From Macrostomum lignano (Eukaryota): a stretch of DNA of 64,000 nt. The translations under genes were made by a program, and so were the position numbers. The DNA is taken from contig NIVC01000177.1 in assembly GCA_002269645.1 (NCBI GenBank), forward strand, positions 256,134-320,133, read 5' to 3'. This document shows, in pieces, positions 32,480 through 44,933 of the stretch (within the stretch, counting starts at the first letter, position 1; the number at the start of each line of letters is the position of its first letter). Under the pieces are notes generated by a model that saw nothing but the letters and a program-made list of their open reading frames with translations, made no database searches and was not told the origin of the DNA.

Positions 32480-33528
32480 TCTTCTTCTTCTTCTTCGGGC
32501 GTGCTCGGGCCAGGGCCCATGGCACCGGGCGTCAGATGGCGCCCGCCTTCCCGAGGAAGTTCAACACCGCGACGCAGTTCTCGAAAACTGCCGCGGGCTC
32601 CGGGCTTGGCCCCCAGAGGCGGCAGCGGTGTGATGTCAGGGCGGGGCAGGAGATCAGCAGATGGGCCGCCGTCTCCTCTCCATCGCCACAGAAGCGGCAG
32701 GTGGGGGCCACGTCAACGCCGATGGCGGCCTGGAAGCCCCGCAGGGCCGGGCAGCGGTCGGCGCGCAGCTGGCAGATCAGCCGCTCCTGCCGCCGCGTGA
32801 GGTCGCTTGTCGGCTGAGGCGGCAGGCGGCCCGCCGTGCAGGCAAGGTGCCAGGCAAGCGAGCTCGTGCTCGCCGCCTCGGTGGCCGCCGCGTTGTAGAT
32901 CTGGTGCCAGCGGGCGAGGCAGTAGCGGCGGACGGCAGCCTGCGCGGCAGCTAGCGGTACGGGCGCGGTGCCTTGCGCCAGCGTGGTGCCTTGCTTGGCG
33001 ATCTCGTCCACGGCCTCGTTGCCTGGGATTCCCGCGTGGCCAGGCACCCACTGCAGGTGGACCGAGGTTCCCCGGGCCGCGAGGTCGGCGAGGCTGCCCC
33101 AGACGGCGTCGATCATGGTGGCGCCCGTCGACCCGGGGCCGGACGCGAGCGCGCTAAGCGCGCTCAGGGAGTCGGAGCAGATGCGGACCGGCGACAGCTC
33201 TGCCGGGTCCGGGGCCGCGAGCACCCACCGAAGGGCCTCAGCGATGGCCACTAACTCGGCGTGGAAGCTGGACGTCACATGGCCAGCAGCGACGCACAGC
33301 GTCGTGTTGGGCTCGACCAGGACGCCACTGCCGCCGTCCAGGATGCCGTCCTTCGCCGCTCCGTCGGTCCAGATCACGGTGCTGGCGGGCGGCAGGGCGG
33401 CAAGTGTCTGCTGCGCCGCGGCTCTCCGGGCCTCCGGCAGGTCCCCCCGCGAGGTTGGGGAGGCCAACTGCAGCCCGAGGGTGACAGAGTCCAGAACAGC
33501 CCAGGGAGGTGTCGTCGGGAACTGACAA
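32480..33528 (-). mobile_element. 5'-truncated non-LTR retrotransposon (I-group-like) with RNase H and CCHC finger, (GAA)n tail, 12-bp TSD
   Basis: ORF 33467-32532 with WTDGA, SSFHAELVAI, SDSLSAL, WVPGHAGIPGNEAVDEIAK and CRFC...HLLISC; upstream PPW motif in frame. (TTC)n on the plus strand at 32476-32496. CCATCAGCTTCT duplicated at 32468-32479 and 33529-33540. Confidence 0.93.
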
Positions 33529-33761
33529 CCATCAGCTTCTCGCTCTCCTTGCTTCTCCCTCCCTCTCTTTAAGGTCGTTTAGCCGGCTCGCTTGCACAGG
33601 ATCTAGCCACCCACTCTGCATTCTTGGAGTCTCTATTGTACTGGCCATGTGTACTGTTTTATGCGCTTGGGCACTCTCAATCTCCCTTTATCGATCGTCC
33701 CTGTCGTTATGGCCTTTAAATATTGACGGCAATTCACGCCAAATAAATTTTAATCGCATAG

Positions 33762-33799
33762 TGCCCTGATGAAGAGTAGCCTAACTCGAAATATCGGCA
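33762..33799 (+). ncRNA. Minimal type I hammerhead ribozyme (Penelope/retrozyme type)
   Basis: Stem I TGCC(33762-65)/GGCA(33796-99); core CTGATGA(33766-72) plus an extra A; stem II GAGT-agccta-ACTC; GAAA(33788-91); palindromic stem III ATAT with AUC cleavage triplet. Confidence 0.75.
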
Positions 33800-35489
33800 A
33801 CATTAACTAAATTGACTTTTATCAGTCCTTTCACCGCGTCAGCATCTGAGATTGGGGTGCCCTCCCTCTCTCCTTCTCCCACTAGCTATCCCTCCCTCTC
33901 CCTCTCCATCTTCTTTAGTCTCAAGATTCCACACAGATACACGCAGTAATCTTTGTCACACAGGTAAGTCAATAACTGAGCTGAGACTCTGAAGAAGATC
34001 AATTCGGGGGGAGTGAATGCTTGTCCAAACGAATAGCAGTGGATCTGATGGAGGTCACACAAGGAGGTTATCCTGCTTGCGTGCTGCATAACGACTAATC
34101 CTGTTTATTAATGAAGCTAATCTCAATACCCTGCAGAGGTGGAATGTATGCTCGCAGCTAACTATAGGCGACCAAAAATGAGCTCAGATAACGCATTAGC
34201 CACGCTGCATCAGATCCGTCAACTCATAGCCTGAAGGTCTCTGAGAGACCTCTGCCCGGCTGGTTTAATAACCACTACATGCTCGGTTTTCGGTATTGGG
34301 TTACGCCATGAGTGTTTACCAGTTACGAGTATTGAAATCAGCCTTTATCGAACTCCGGCTATATGTTACACTGCAGATAGCTTTATCTAACTCTAGGATT
34401 TGTTTAAACAAGCCTATATAATAATCTTAATAATGCATGCTCACCTGTGCGCTGGGGGGGGGGGGTTGCTCTAGCACTAAATCACATTCTGGACTTCCGT
34501 GTTCAAGCGCCTTAACCGTTAGAAAGGAAGAAATCCCCCCTGACAATTTTTTTGATGCGCTGGAGCGGAGCAACGCTATGGACAACTAGAGTAGAAATTG
34601 ACGCTACACTCGTGTAAAATCGTGTAAAATTGGCTGGAGGCCAAAACTCAAAAGTCAATATCTCTTGATTAACTGCATGAAAACTAAAAATTCTTTCACT
34701 GGGTTGCTCAGAAGTTTGTTGTCTCGAGTAAAAACGATTAATGCTCAGCTTTGCTATTAATCGACACTGAACATGTATAGAAAACTATAATCAGTCAGAA
34801 AATAACGCAATCGGAAGTCAAAACAGACTGGCTTGGTCATTGTCCGTTACTGAATACAGTAGACATGCATAGCCTAATATTAAGAATAGTAGGGAATACT
34901 ATACTACTAGATGGGCCACAGGCGAACAAACTGGCCTTCACTTAGGCAGAGCTTCTGGACCTTCAACAGGTGGCACCAGGTGACTATGGACACGCTCTTG
35001 CAAATTTCTGGAGTTTCGCTGATCAAGCCTCGACTGTTGAACATCCTCAGCAGGTCTCCCAAGCATTCAGTCGTCATCTTGATATCATTAGTACTCTAAT
35101 TAAGATTCAGAGAACAAGTTCTTTTTTTGGCGTATTATCTATTATTCTTTGAAAGCTTCGTAAACGTTATTTCATATTTAAACAAGTTATGCAATTGTAC
35201 TTTTGTTTGTACGTCTAATTAATTATTTCTAAATCGGTTCCCAGTTATGGTAAAGAAGGAAATTAATACTGTTCTATCATTCATTTTGGCTCAGTTGAGC
35301 GAATATTTCAGAATTTGCTGGCTAAGATCAGGGCTGATTTCGAAACGGAAATGAACCCAGTTGAAGACTGAAGGAATCTCAGGAAGGTCTGACTTACCTA
35401 AACAACTGACTAATATTGTTCAAAGGTAGGATGACAGCTAGTGATTTTGGTGAAAATATTCGAGCACACTGCAGCTTTTTAACACCGGT

Positions 35490-36080
35490 GATTTACCCAA
35501 TGTAGAACCGGCGATTTACCCAATGGAGAACCGGTGATTTACCCAATGGAGAACCGGTGATTTACCCAATGGAGAACCGGTGATTTACCCAATGGAGAAC
35601 CGGTGATTTACCCAATGGAGAACCGGTGATTTACCCAATGGACAACCGGTGCAATTTACCCCATGGAGAACCGGCGATTTACCCAATAGAGAACCGGTGA
35701 TTTACCCAATGGAGAACCGGTGATTTACCCAATGGACAACCGGTGCAATTTACCCCATGGAGAACCGGCGATTTACCCAATAGAGAACCGGTGATTTACC
35801 CGATGGAGAACAGGTGCAATTTATCCCATGGAGAACAAGTGATTTACCCCATGAAAAACCGGTGATTTACCCAATGGAGAACCGGTGATTTGCCTAATGG
35901 AGAACCGGTGATTTGCCTAATGGAGAACCGGTGATTTACCCAATGGACAACCGGTGATTTACCCAATGGAGAACCGGTGATTTACCCAATGGAGAACCGG
36001 TGATTTACCCAATGGAGAACCGGTGCAATTTATCCCATGGAGAACCGGTGATTTATCAAATGCAGAACCGGTAATTTACC
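35490..36080. repeat. 23-bp minisatellite (GGAGAACCGGTGATTTACCCAAT)
   Basis: About 25 units downstream of the GPCR gene. Confidence 0.95.
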
Positions 36081-36329
36081 CGAGAAAAAAACAATTATAT
36101 GCATAACTTTCATTTTAATATTTTTCAGCTCCAATACGCTCGTATTTCATTTAGAGCTACTTTATATAACAGAATTTATGCTCCAATTTCGCAAAAAAAT
36201 TATTCAAAAATGCACTGGCATCGAATTCAAAGCGATTGTTTATTTGCCTCAACCATTTATTTATATTGATAGTTAGTCTATCTCAACAAGTAGAAACATA
36301 CGTATTTTTATTGCCTTTTATAGTTTGCA

Positions 36330-37637
36330 CTAAACTTCTCCGTCTTTAAACTGATGCACAGACGACGATTGCTCAGATTGAGACATTTCAACTTCCGGAT
36401 CGTTGCAAACAATATCTGTCAGCGGAATGTCGCCTAGACTACGGCCATCGCTCAGGCCTAAGCAATTTTCACCTGCTCTCGGGTTTATAACTCGCTCAAT
36501 TCTCGCTTGGACATTGTTGCTAAGCTGGCTGCTAAGCTGGTGGTCGTTGGCCCGACGGCACAGGCTGATGGTGTTGCGCTCGGATCGCAGATACTGCAGG
36601 TCGGATTCCTTCCGGCAGCCGAGCAGGCGCAGGTAGGCCAGGCGGAACTCGCGCTGATTTGAGCAGTAAACCACCGGATTGACGCCGGAGTTCGCGTAGC
36701 CAATCCACGTCACTAGGGGCATCAGCCAGGTGGGCAGAGACGCGCACCTGTCGCTAACGAACGGGCAGGCCACGTAGAGCAGGAAAAACGGCAGCCAGCA
36801 GGCGTAGAAACAGCCAAGGATGAGGCCCAGAGTCTTTGTGGCCTTGGTCTCGCTGTTGCTCATTCGCAGGCTCTGCGGCACGAGGCTCCTGACGCCGCCA
36901 GTGGCCGACTGGTCGCCGCTCGATCTGGACAGCGACGTGATCGCTTTACGGCGTCGAACGCTCTCCGTGTGCGCAGTGGCGATCCGGTGGACTCGAACGT
37001 AGGCGATGGTCATCACCACGAGGGGCAGGAAGAATGACGTCAGAGCGGAGACCACCGCGTAGACTTGATTGACATCCATGCGGCACGAGGCCTGGGCGGT
37101 GGTGGACGCAGCTACCGTGGCATTTCGGTCCGGCAGGGTGAGGCCGAACGAGCCGGAAAAGACGGGACCGAAGCTCAGGCCGACGCTGATGATCCAAACG
37201 GCTGCCACCATTGTCCAGATTCGGCGCGGTCGAACGAGAGCTTTGTAGTGCAACGGGTTGGTGACAGCGATGTATCTGTCTAGACTGATGAGGCACAGAT
37301 GAAGGATGCTAGAGGTGCAGCACATGATGTCGGAGGACAGGTAGAACTTGCAGAATGCGTCGCCCAAGGGCCAGCAGCCGAGCACGTGGTAAAGGGTGGA
37401 GTAGGGCATCACCAGAATGGCTATGGCGATGTCGGCAGAAGCCAACGAAGCCAGCAGGTGAAAACAGATTCGCGATCGGAGACGACGAAAGTTAATAACC
37501 GACGCTATTACGAGAATATTGCCGGTAATTGTTGCTATGGTTACCAAACTCATAATGGTGCAGACGAAAAGTTTTGAAAACAATCTTCCATCGCTAAGGC
37601 GTTTTAAGCTCTCCAAGGAGGCGTTGAAGCAGGCCAT
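36330..37637 (-). CDS. Class A biogenic-amine GPCR (D1-like / beta-octopamine / 5-HT4-like), intronless, 435 aa
   Basis: Seven TM segments; GNILVI, LASADI, TM3 Asp in SSDIMCCTSSILHLCLISLDRY, TM5 SALTSFFLP, KATKTLG...CWLPFF, WIGYANSGVNPVVY; short third intracellular loop. Confidence 0.92.
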   Translation of the reverse strand: MACFNASLESLKRLSDGRLFSKLFVCTIMSLVTIATITGNILVIASVINFRRLRSRICFHLLASLASADIAIAILVMPYSTLYHVLGCWPLGDAFCKFYLSSDIMCCTSSILHLCLISLDRYIAVTNPLHYKALVRPRRIWTMVAAVWIISVGLSFGPVFSGSFGLTLPDRNATVAASTTAQASCRMDVNQVYAVVSALTSFFLPLVVMTIAYVRVHRIATAHTESVRRRKAITSLSRSSGDQSATGGVRSLVPQSLRMSNSETKATKTLGLILGCFYACWLPFFLLYVACPFVSDRCASLPTWLMPLVTWIGYANSGVNPVVYCSNQREFRLAYLRLLGCRKESDLQYLRSERNTISLCRRANDHQLSSQLSNNVQARIERVINPRAGENCLGLSDGRSLGDIPLTDIVCNDPEVEMSQSEQSSSVHQFKDGEV

Positions 37638-39019
37638 TTCTGTGCTAAGAAGGCTATATAGTTTGATGGCTTACAGTTTCTGTGCCAGTCAGCTCGGGCG
37701 ATGAGCTTTATCTATCATCCTTCCATGTTATCTGCTAATTTTGCAGCTCCCTCCTGTGCCAATCTGGAAATCTTCTGAGGCCTGGCCAAACCAATGAGAA
37801 CCGCCGATGGGACAGCGAATGAACAACTCAGTGTGGGCGTATTTGCTGAATAGTTACTGACTTTTTCCAGAAAAACAGCGTATCGACCACTAATAAAACA
37901 ATTTGTCTAGTTTTAACTTCAAGAAAACGGCTATCCAATGTACTATAGTTTACTATTTTTAACTTGCTTACATGTATCAGAGTTCAAATAATAACAGACA
38001 GTTTTTATCCCGAATACTTTAGAAACTACTGTTATTAATCAATGGCCGCGGCGGCTGACCTCTGTGCACTTGGCTGTTCCTGGCTCAAAAAATAATCTCA
38101 TTGCACGCCTGGCTGCCCTCGCTTGCACACAACAGCTGGAATTGAGATAAGCGAGGGCGCACCAAATTTATTATGATCGATTATTAAGGGCCGGCATCTG
38201 ATTGTCCCCTGCCCCTGCCCTTATTCTCCCCGCAGGAAAGATTGGTCTTCTTTCCGTTCCTTGAAGCGATGGCTGCTGTCTGACCTTCCACTCTCTTCCG
38301 ACTGCCGGTCAGTGAGGCCAAGAGAAGAAAAATGCTTCAAGGAAGTGTTCTAAGCTACGCTGGATCGTGCCGGAGATTCAGAGGGTGAGTTCTGCTTATC
38401 AGTAATGGGACACCAGAGCGAAATCCTTGCATCGAATTCTTTTATTAAATATATTCTTCATGTCGTAGGCAGCACCAGCAGCCTAATACGAGGAACCAAA
38501 TGGCCACTTATCAAATGCTTTACAAAGTGATAAAAGGTTGAGCCCTGAGACAGCAGCAGTGGGTCCTCAATAATTCCCAGCTAGCTTGCACTTGCACTGC
38601 CTCAGAGCCTGTGTGTCCTTGAACAATAAGTCTTGGGCTTGATTAGACTGGGTAAATCCCAGAAGACTTTTAGAGCTGTTCTTCTAGAATTTGATTTAGT
38701 CTGAGCTTGAGGCTACAGAGGCTTAATAATACCGATTTAGGATTACTTCGTTCCTTCGTCTGTCTAGCGACCTTTTGCAGTCTTTTTTAGGCAATCATCA
38801 CACGCCCTTTTAAATCACGAACTTAAACAGAATTTTCTACAATCAGCAGCTGACACCTATTTTGTAAAATTATTGGCAAAATGTGGAAACACTTCAGTGG
38901 TCCTTGATCCACTGTCACGAAATACTCGTTAGAAATCTCACTCTGTTAGACCAGGAAATTATTAACGATCCTGCATGATCGCTCGTTCTGGGTTGATTAA
39001 AAATCACATTCTCAAACAG

Positions 39020-39365
39020 CAATCACATCCTCGAAATGAAACGTCTTCCACATCCTCGAAATAGTACATCCACAACCTAGAAATGACAATTTATCCACAA
39101 TCGAGAAATGACACGGCATCCACATCCTCGGAATGACACGTATTTTATATCCTCGAAATGATACGTCATCCACATCCTCGAAATGAAGCGTTATCCCCAT
39201 TCTGAAATGAAACTTCATCCACACCTCGAAATGACACGGCATTCAAATCCTCGAAATGGTACTCGTATGTCATGCACATTCTCGAGATGACACGTCATCC
39301 AAATTCTCCCAATGATCCGTTTTTCACACATTCTCAAAGGGACAAATACACATGCTAGAAATGAC
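39020..39365. repeat. Degenerate ~23-bp repeat with a CACATCCTCGAAATGA core
   Basis: About 14 diverged units. Confidence 0.75.
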
Positions 39366-40387
39366 ACGTCTTTACTTCTGTCGGATCTGTACCAACAAAT
39401 TCGTTAGAAGGACTAAGCATAAAAGGATTCCATTCATGCAATCACGGTTCATTTTAGCAAGAAACCAGCGGCTGAAATTGTAAATTTGCTGAATGGAATT
39501 GCAACAGGGGTAGTGGTTCGGCACTTGTTCACGTATTGAAAGAGATCTGTTCCTGCTTGTAAAATTCTCACGGAAGTTGGACTTCCTGTTTGTCGACTAT
39601 CTAAAATTCACATGTCAACGAGCTACCTTTTCGTGCCTTGTCAAAACCGATTTCAAGGCCCCTTGTCAAAGGTTGCCAATTTCCTACTTTAAGAGAATTT
39701 GACGCGTCGTAGAAAAACATCGACAAAAACAATTCCTATCGTCGATGCGAACTTACCAAACATTGTTTTTGAGTGAGCTATACTTACTGAGCAAAAACCT
39801 TCGACCATCGAAAATTTTAATTTCGAAGTTTTTGTTATAACCAATAGAAATTGCGAAAACGAAACGAAACACGAAAAACGCGAAATTGAAAAAAATTAAA
39901 CTTCTGTAAATTAAAAAACAAAATTCTTTAATCTTAAAGAACAACAGACCATTTGACCCTCTTTGCAAACCCCCAAACTTCATGATCACCAAACTGCACA
40001 TCCAAATTCCCATCCCAAACTTCACAAACCCCAAACTCCTGATTAGCAAATAAATGAGAAAATGAAATATACACGAATAAACACGACTTACACCCGGCAG
40101 AGCTTGATACGATTAAAGGCAGCCGGATCACTAATCAGGCGGAAAGAATGTGCTCTGCGACAAATATTTGTTTGTTCTCCCGTAAAGTCTGAATTGACTT
40201 TGTGGAAATTGCGAAGCTGTGTAGGTTATGAGTTTTAGTTTGATGCGGCGAGCTTATGGCTAAGCTATCAATAAGCTTGTGTACATATAATATGATCAGC
40301 TTTCGAGCTGAGTCTGCCAGGTATGGCTAGAAGGATTATTCCTTGAGGAAGACCGCGTCTTTGCGGAGAACCATTTTGCTTGAGTGA

Positions 40388-40678
<291 letters not shown>

Positions 40679-41279
40679 ACACACACATGGATATGCACAC
40701 GCATCCAGCGGCAATGCCCTACGCATCGTCAGTTAGTGTACTATGAGCTTTATTATACCCACTGAAAGTTTAAAAATTTCCAAGCATTGTTGATTCAATA
40801 TTTTCAATAAAGTACATTTACTTTACAGCAGGTTAGTTTTGGAAAACAATCCATTGGCTAGAAAATTCAATTGAATGCCTGGAGTTAAGCTTCAAATCAG
40901 CACAAGTAGAACCGCGTATTGCGCACAACGATGGAAAGCAGCAAACCTGCAGCAAAGCATTTCCATTTTTCCACGATCCAGTTTCATCGAGTTAATTATC
41001 TCCAGTTCTGTTAATCCTCACAGCTCGACCCTGTGAGTGCGCTGTCCGATTTCGTGCTTATCTGTGCTTAAGGATTGAAAAAACTGCTGCCTTGTTGAAA
41101 ATACTGCCACTGGGCTACGCTGTTTATAGTAACCAGGCGAAATATGATCGAGATTTGATTATTGCCACAACTAAAGCTTGTTTATACACCTGTCAATCAT
41201 CGACGCCGAGTTGTGCAATTTTCTTGCTTCAAGCTGGATAAGGGAAAAGCGGAAGTTTTATTTGAACTTATCCTATATA

Positions 41280-41570
41280 CTAAAAATGTGATGTCTATAT
41301 ATATATATATATATATGTGATAGATTAGAGAAAAAATGGCTGGACCGATTTTGTTCGAACTTGCACTGTTCGATCAGAAATTTTCCCGTGACGGTACATG
41401 CATCGTGGATAAGAAATTGCTCAATGCTAAAGGCATTAAATATTCGAAAAACATGCTTTTTTGCAAAGGTCAAGCAAACTTTTCGACTTGAAATGCATTG
41501 TAAGAATGCTAGAGAAAAAACTGACTGGTTGAATTCTAATTCTGAAATAGATTGCATCATAACTGAATTG
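41280..41570 (-). repeat. Dispersed repeat, copy 2, adjoining an (AT)n tract; possibly a non-autonomous Helitron-like element
   Basis: Inverted homologue of 31180-31420; minus strand ends (TA)n...TTTTAGTATATAG; class assignment is weak. Confidence 0.55.
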
Positions 41571-41894
41571 TAACTCCGACTTGAATTGAAAATGCAGTGT
41601 GGAAGCGTAGCACCAGACTTGATTTAAATTGCGTAACCATATTGTTAACTGATACTGACTGACTGAGAAACTGATTATGTCATAACTGCTTCGTGTGATT
41701 TACTCTATGCTTGGATTTAAAAGTGTTGAGTTATATAAGTGCAAAAGTTAATGTTATCAAAACGATGAGAGCTAGCCTAAAGGTGAACAAACTGAACTGC
41801 TAAATGCAGTGACGATGGTTTGAATTTTCGATGGTTTAAATTTGAGTATAATTTTTTTAATTAAAGCTTTTCAACGTCAGGAAAACTAAAAGAC

Positions 41895-43860
41895 TTTTTA
41901 AAAAGAAGCGTCATATAAAAATCGTAGAAGCGTCATGTAAACAATCATAAAAGCGTCATGTAAAAAATCGTAGAAGCGTCATGTAAAAAATCTTAGAAGC
42001 GTCATGTAAACAATCATAGAAGCGTCATGTAAACAATCATAGAAGCGTCATGTAAAAAATCGTAGAAGCGTCATGTAAAAAATCTTAGAAGCGTCATGTA
42101 AACAATCATAGAAGCGTCATGTAAACAATCATAGAAGCGTCATGTAAAAAATCATAGAAGCGTCATGTTAACAATCATAGAAGCGTCATGTAAACAATCA
42201 TAGAAGCGTCATGTAAACAATCATAGAAGCGTCATGTAAAAAATCATAGAAGCGTCGTATAAAAATCGTAGAAGCGTCATGTAAACAATCATAGAAGCGT
42301 CATGTAAAAAATCATAGAAGCGTCATGTAAACAATCATAGAAGCGTCATGTAAACAATCATAGAAGCGTCATGTAAACAATCATAGAAGCGTCATGTAAA
42401 CAATCATAGAAGCGTCATGTAAACAATCATAGAAGCGTCATGTAAACAATCATAGAAGCGTCATGTAAAAAATCATAGAAGCGTCATATAAAAATCGTAG
42501 AAGCGTCATGTAAACAATCATAGAAGCGTCATGTAAAAAATCGTAGAAGCGTCATGTAAAAAATCTTAGAAGCGTCATGTAAACAATCATAGAAGCGTCA
42601 TGTAAACAATCATAGAAGCGTCATGTAAAATATCATAGAAGCGTCATGTAAAAAATCATAGAAGCGTCATGTAAACAATCATAGAAGCTTCATTAAAAAA
42701 TCATAGAAGCGTCATGTAAAAAGCATAGAAGCGTCATGTAAAAAGCATAAAAGCGTCATGTAAACAATCATAGAAGCGTCATGTAAACAATCATAGAAGC
42801 GTCATGCAAACAATCATAGAAGCGTCATGTAAAAAATCATAGAAGCGTCATGTAAACAATCATAGAAGCGTCATGTAAAAAATCATAGAAGCGTACTGTA
42901 AACAATCATAGAAGCGTCATGTAAACAATCATAGAAGCGTCATGTAAACAATCATAGAAACGTCATATAAAAATCATAGAAGCGTCATGTAAACAATCAT
43001 AGAAGCGTCATGTAAACAATCATAGAAGCGTCATATAAAAATCGTAGAAGCGTCATGTAAACAATCATAGAAGCGTCATTTAAAAAATCATAGAAGCGTC
43101 ATGTAAACAATCATAGAAGCGTCATGTAAAAAATCATAGAAGCGTCATGTAAAAAATCATAGAAGCGTCATATAAAAATCGTAGAAGCGTCATGTAAACA
43201 ATCATAAAAGCGTCATGTAAACAATCATAGAAGCGTCATGTAAAAAATCTTAGAAGCGTCATGTAAACAATCATAGAAGCGTCATGTAAACAATCATAGA
43301 AGCGTCATGTAAAAAATCGTAGAAGCGTCATGTAAAAAATCATAGAAGCGTCATATAAAAATCGTAGAAGCGTCATGTAAACAATCATAAAAGCGTCATG
43401 TAAAAAATCGTAGAAGCGTCATGTAAAAAATCTTAGAAGCGTCATGTAAACAATCATAGAAGCGTCATGTAAACAATCATAGAAGCGTCATGTAAAAAAT
43501 CGTAGAAGCGTCATGTAAAAAATCTTAGAAGCGTCATGTAAACAATCATAGAAGCGTCATGTAAACAATCATAGAAGCGTCATGTAAAAAATCATAGAAG
43601 CGTCATGTAAACAATCATAGAAGCGTCATGTAAACAATCATAGAAGCGTCATGTAAAAAATCATAGAAGCGTACTGTAAACAATCATAGAAGCGTCATGT
43701 AAACAATCATAGAAGCGTCATGTAAACAATCATAGAAACGTAATATAAAAATCATAGAAGCGTCATGTAAACAATCATAGAAGCGTCATGTAAAAAATCA
43801 TAGAAGCGTCATGTAAAAAATCATAGAAGCGTCAAGAAAAAATCATAGAAGCCTCATTTA
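41895..43860. repeat. 23-bp satellite (TAGAAGCGTCATGTAAACAATCA), with an outlier block at 44150-44275
   Basis: About 85 units with block-duplicated variant patterns. Confidence 0.97.
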
Positions 43861-44871
43861 AAAACTAATGAAAGTGTCATTTAAAATATTAAGAAGCATC
43901 ATGGTAGAATAAAAGAAACGTCATGTCAGACATGAAGGGTTCATGTAAAAATTAAATGCAGCTATAATGCTGTGCTGGGGAGAAAAACTGAGACGTCAAG
44001 GCTCTCAGAGAATAACTGAGATTACGGGGGGGGGGGTTTCTGAGATGTCAAAGCAAAAGTCAGAAGCTACTTCAAAGTTCATGTACTTTACTCAATTTTT
44101 TTATTGCATTCTTTGTTGGCTCGTCACGGGGGGGCGCTGATAGAAGAAAAGTCATGTAAAAAATCATAGAAGCGTCATGTAAAAAATCATACAATCGTCA
44201 TGTAAAAAATCATAGAAGCGTCATGTAAAAAATCATAGAAGCATCATGTAAAAAATCATAGAAGCGTCATGTAAAAATAAAATTAGCACTATGTATACAT
44301 AAAAGAAAAGTCATGTCGAAGTTAAAAGATTCATTTGGGAGTTGCTACGATGTCAAAGCTTGGTGGAAATCGTTATAGTGCTGTGATTCTTAAAGAAAGA
44401 ATCACTAAAATGTTAAGGCTTAGGGGAGAAGAATTGCTGAGATTTCAATGCTTTAGGTTGGGTTAAAGTTAGGTTTAGGTCAGGTGTGGGTTGAGGGTTA
44501 TATTTTATCGGGTTTCAAGGTTAACAGTGGATTTTTTAGATTTCAAGGTTTATGGGGGCCATTGCTGACATGTCAAGGCTTACGGGGGAATAGCTGAGAT
44601 GTCAAGGCTCACGGGGGTATAAATGAGATTTCAAGGCTAAAGTCAGAAGCTACATGTAGTTTATTGAAAACTTTTTATTACATTATTTGATGCCTCCTCA
44701 GGGGAGGGATCGCTGATAAAAAAGCGTAATGTAAAAAATAAAAGAAGCTTCATGTCGAAGTTAAGAGATTCATTTGGGAATCCCTACGATGTTGAGGCTT
44801 GCAAGGAATCGCTATAATGCTGTAGTAGTGCTATAATGACTCTTAGGGAGAATTACTGAAATTTCAATGCT

Positions 44872-44933
44872 TTAGGGTTAGGTTAGGGTTAGGGTTAGGG
44901 TTAGGGTTAGGGTTAGGCTAGGGTTAGGGTTAG
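44872..44933 (+). repeat. Interstitial telomeric repeat (TTAGGG)n
   Basis: About 10 units, mostly perfect; a degenerate counterpart lies at ~44450-44500. Confidence 0.9.

Noticed and set aside
32140-33572. Several overlapping GC-rich ORFs on both strands
   Set aside because: They are shadow frames of the LINE RNase H ORF, caused by very high GC content
34911-35152. Short ORFs of 60-62 aa
   Set aside because: No recognisable domain or splice support
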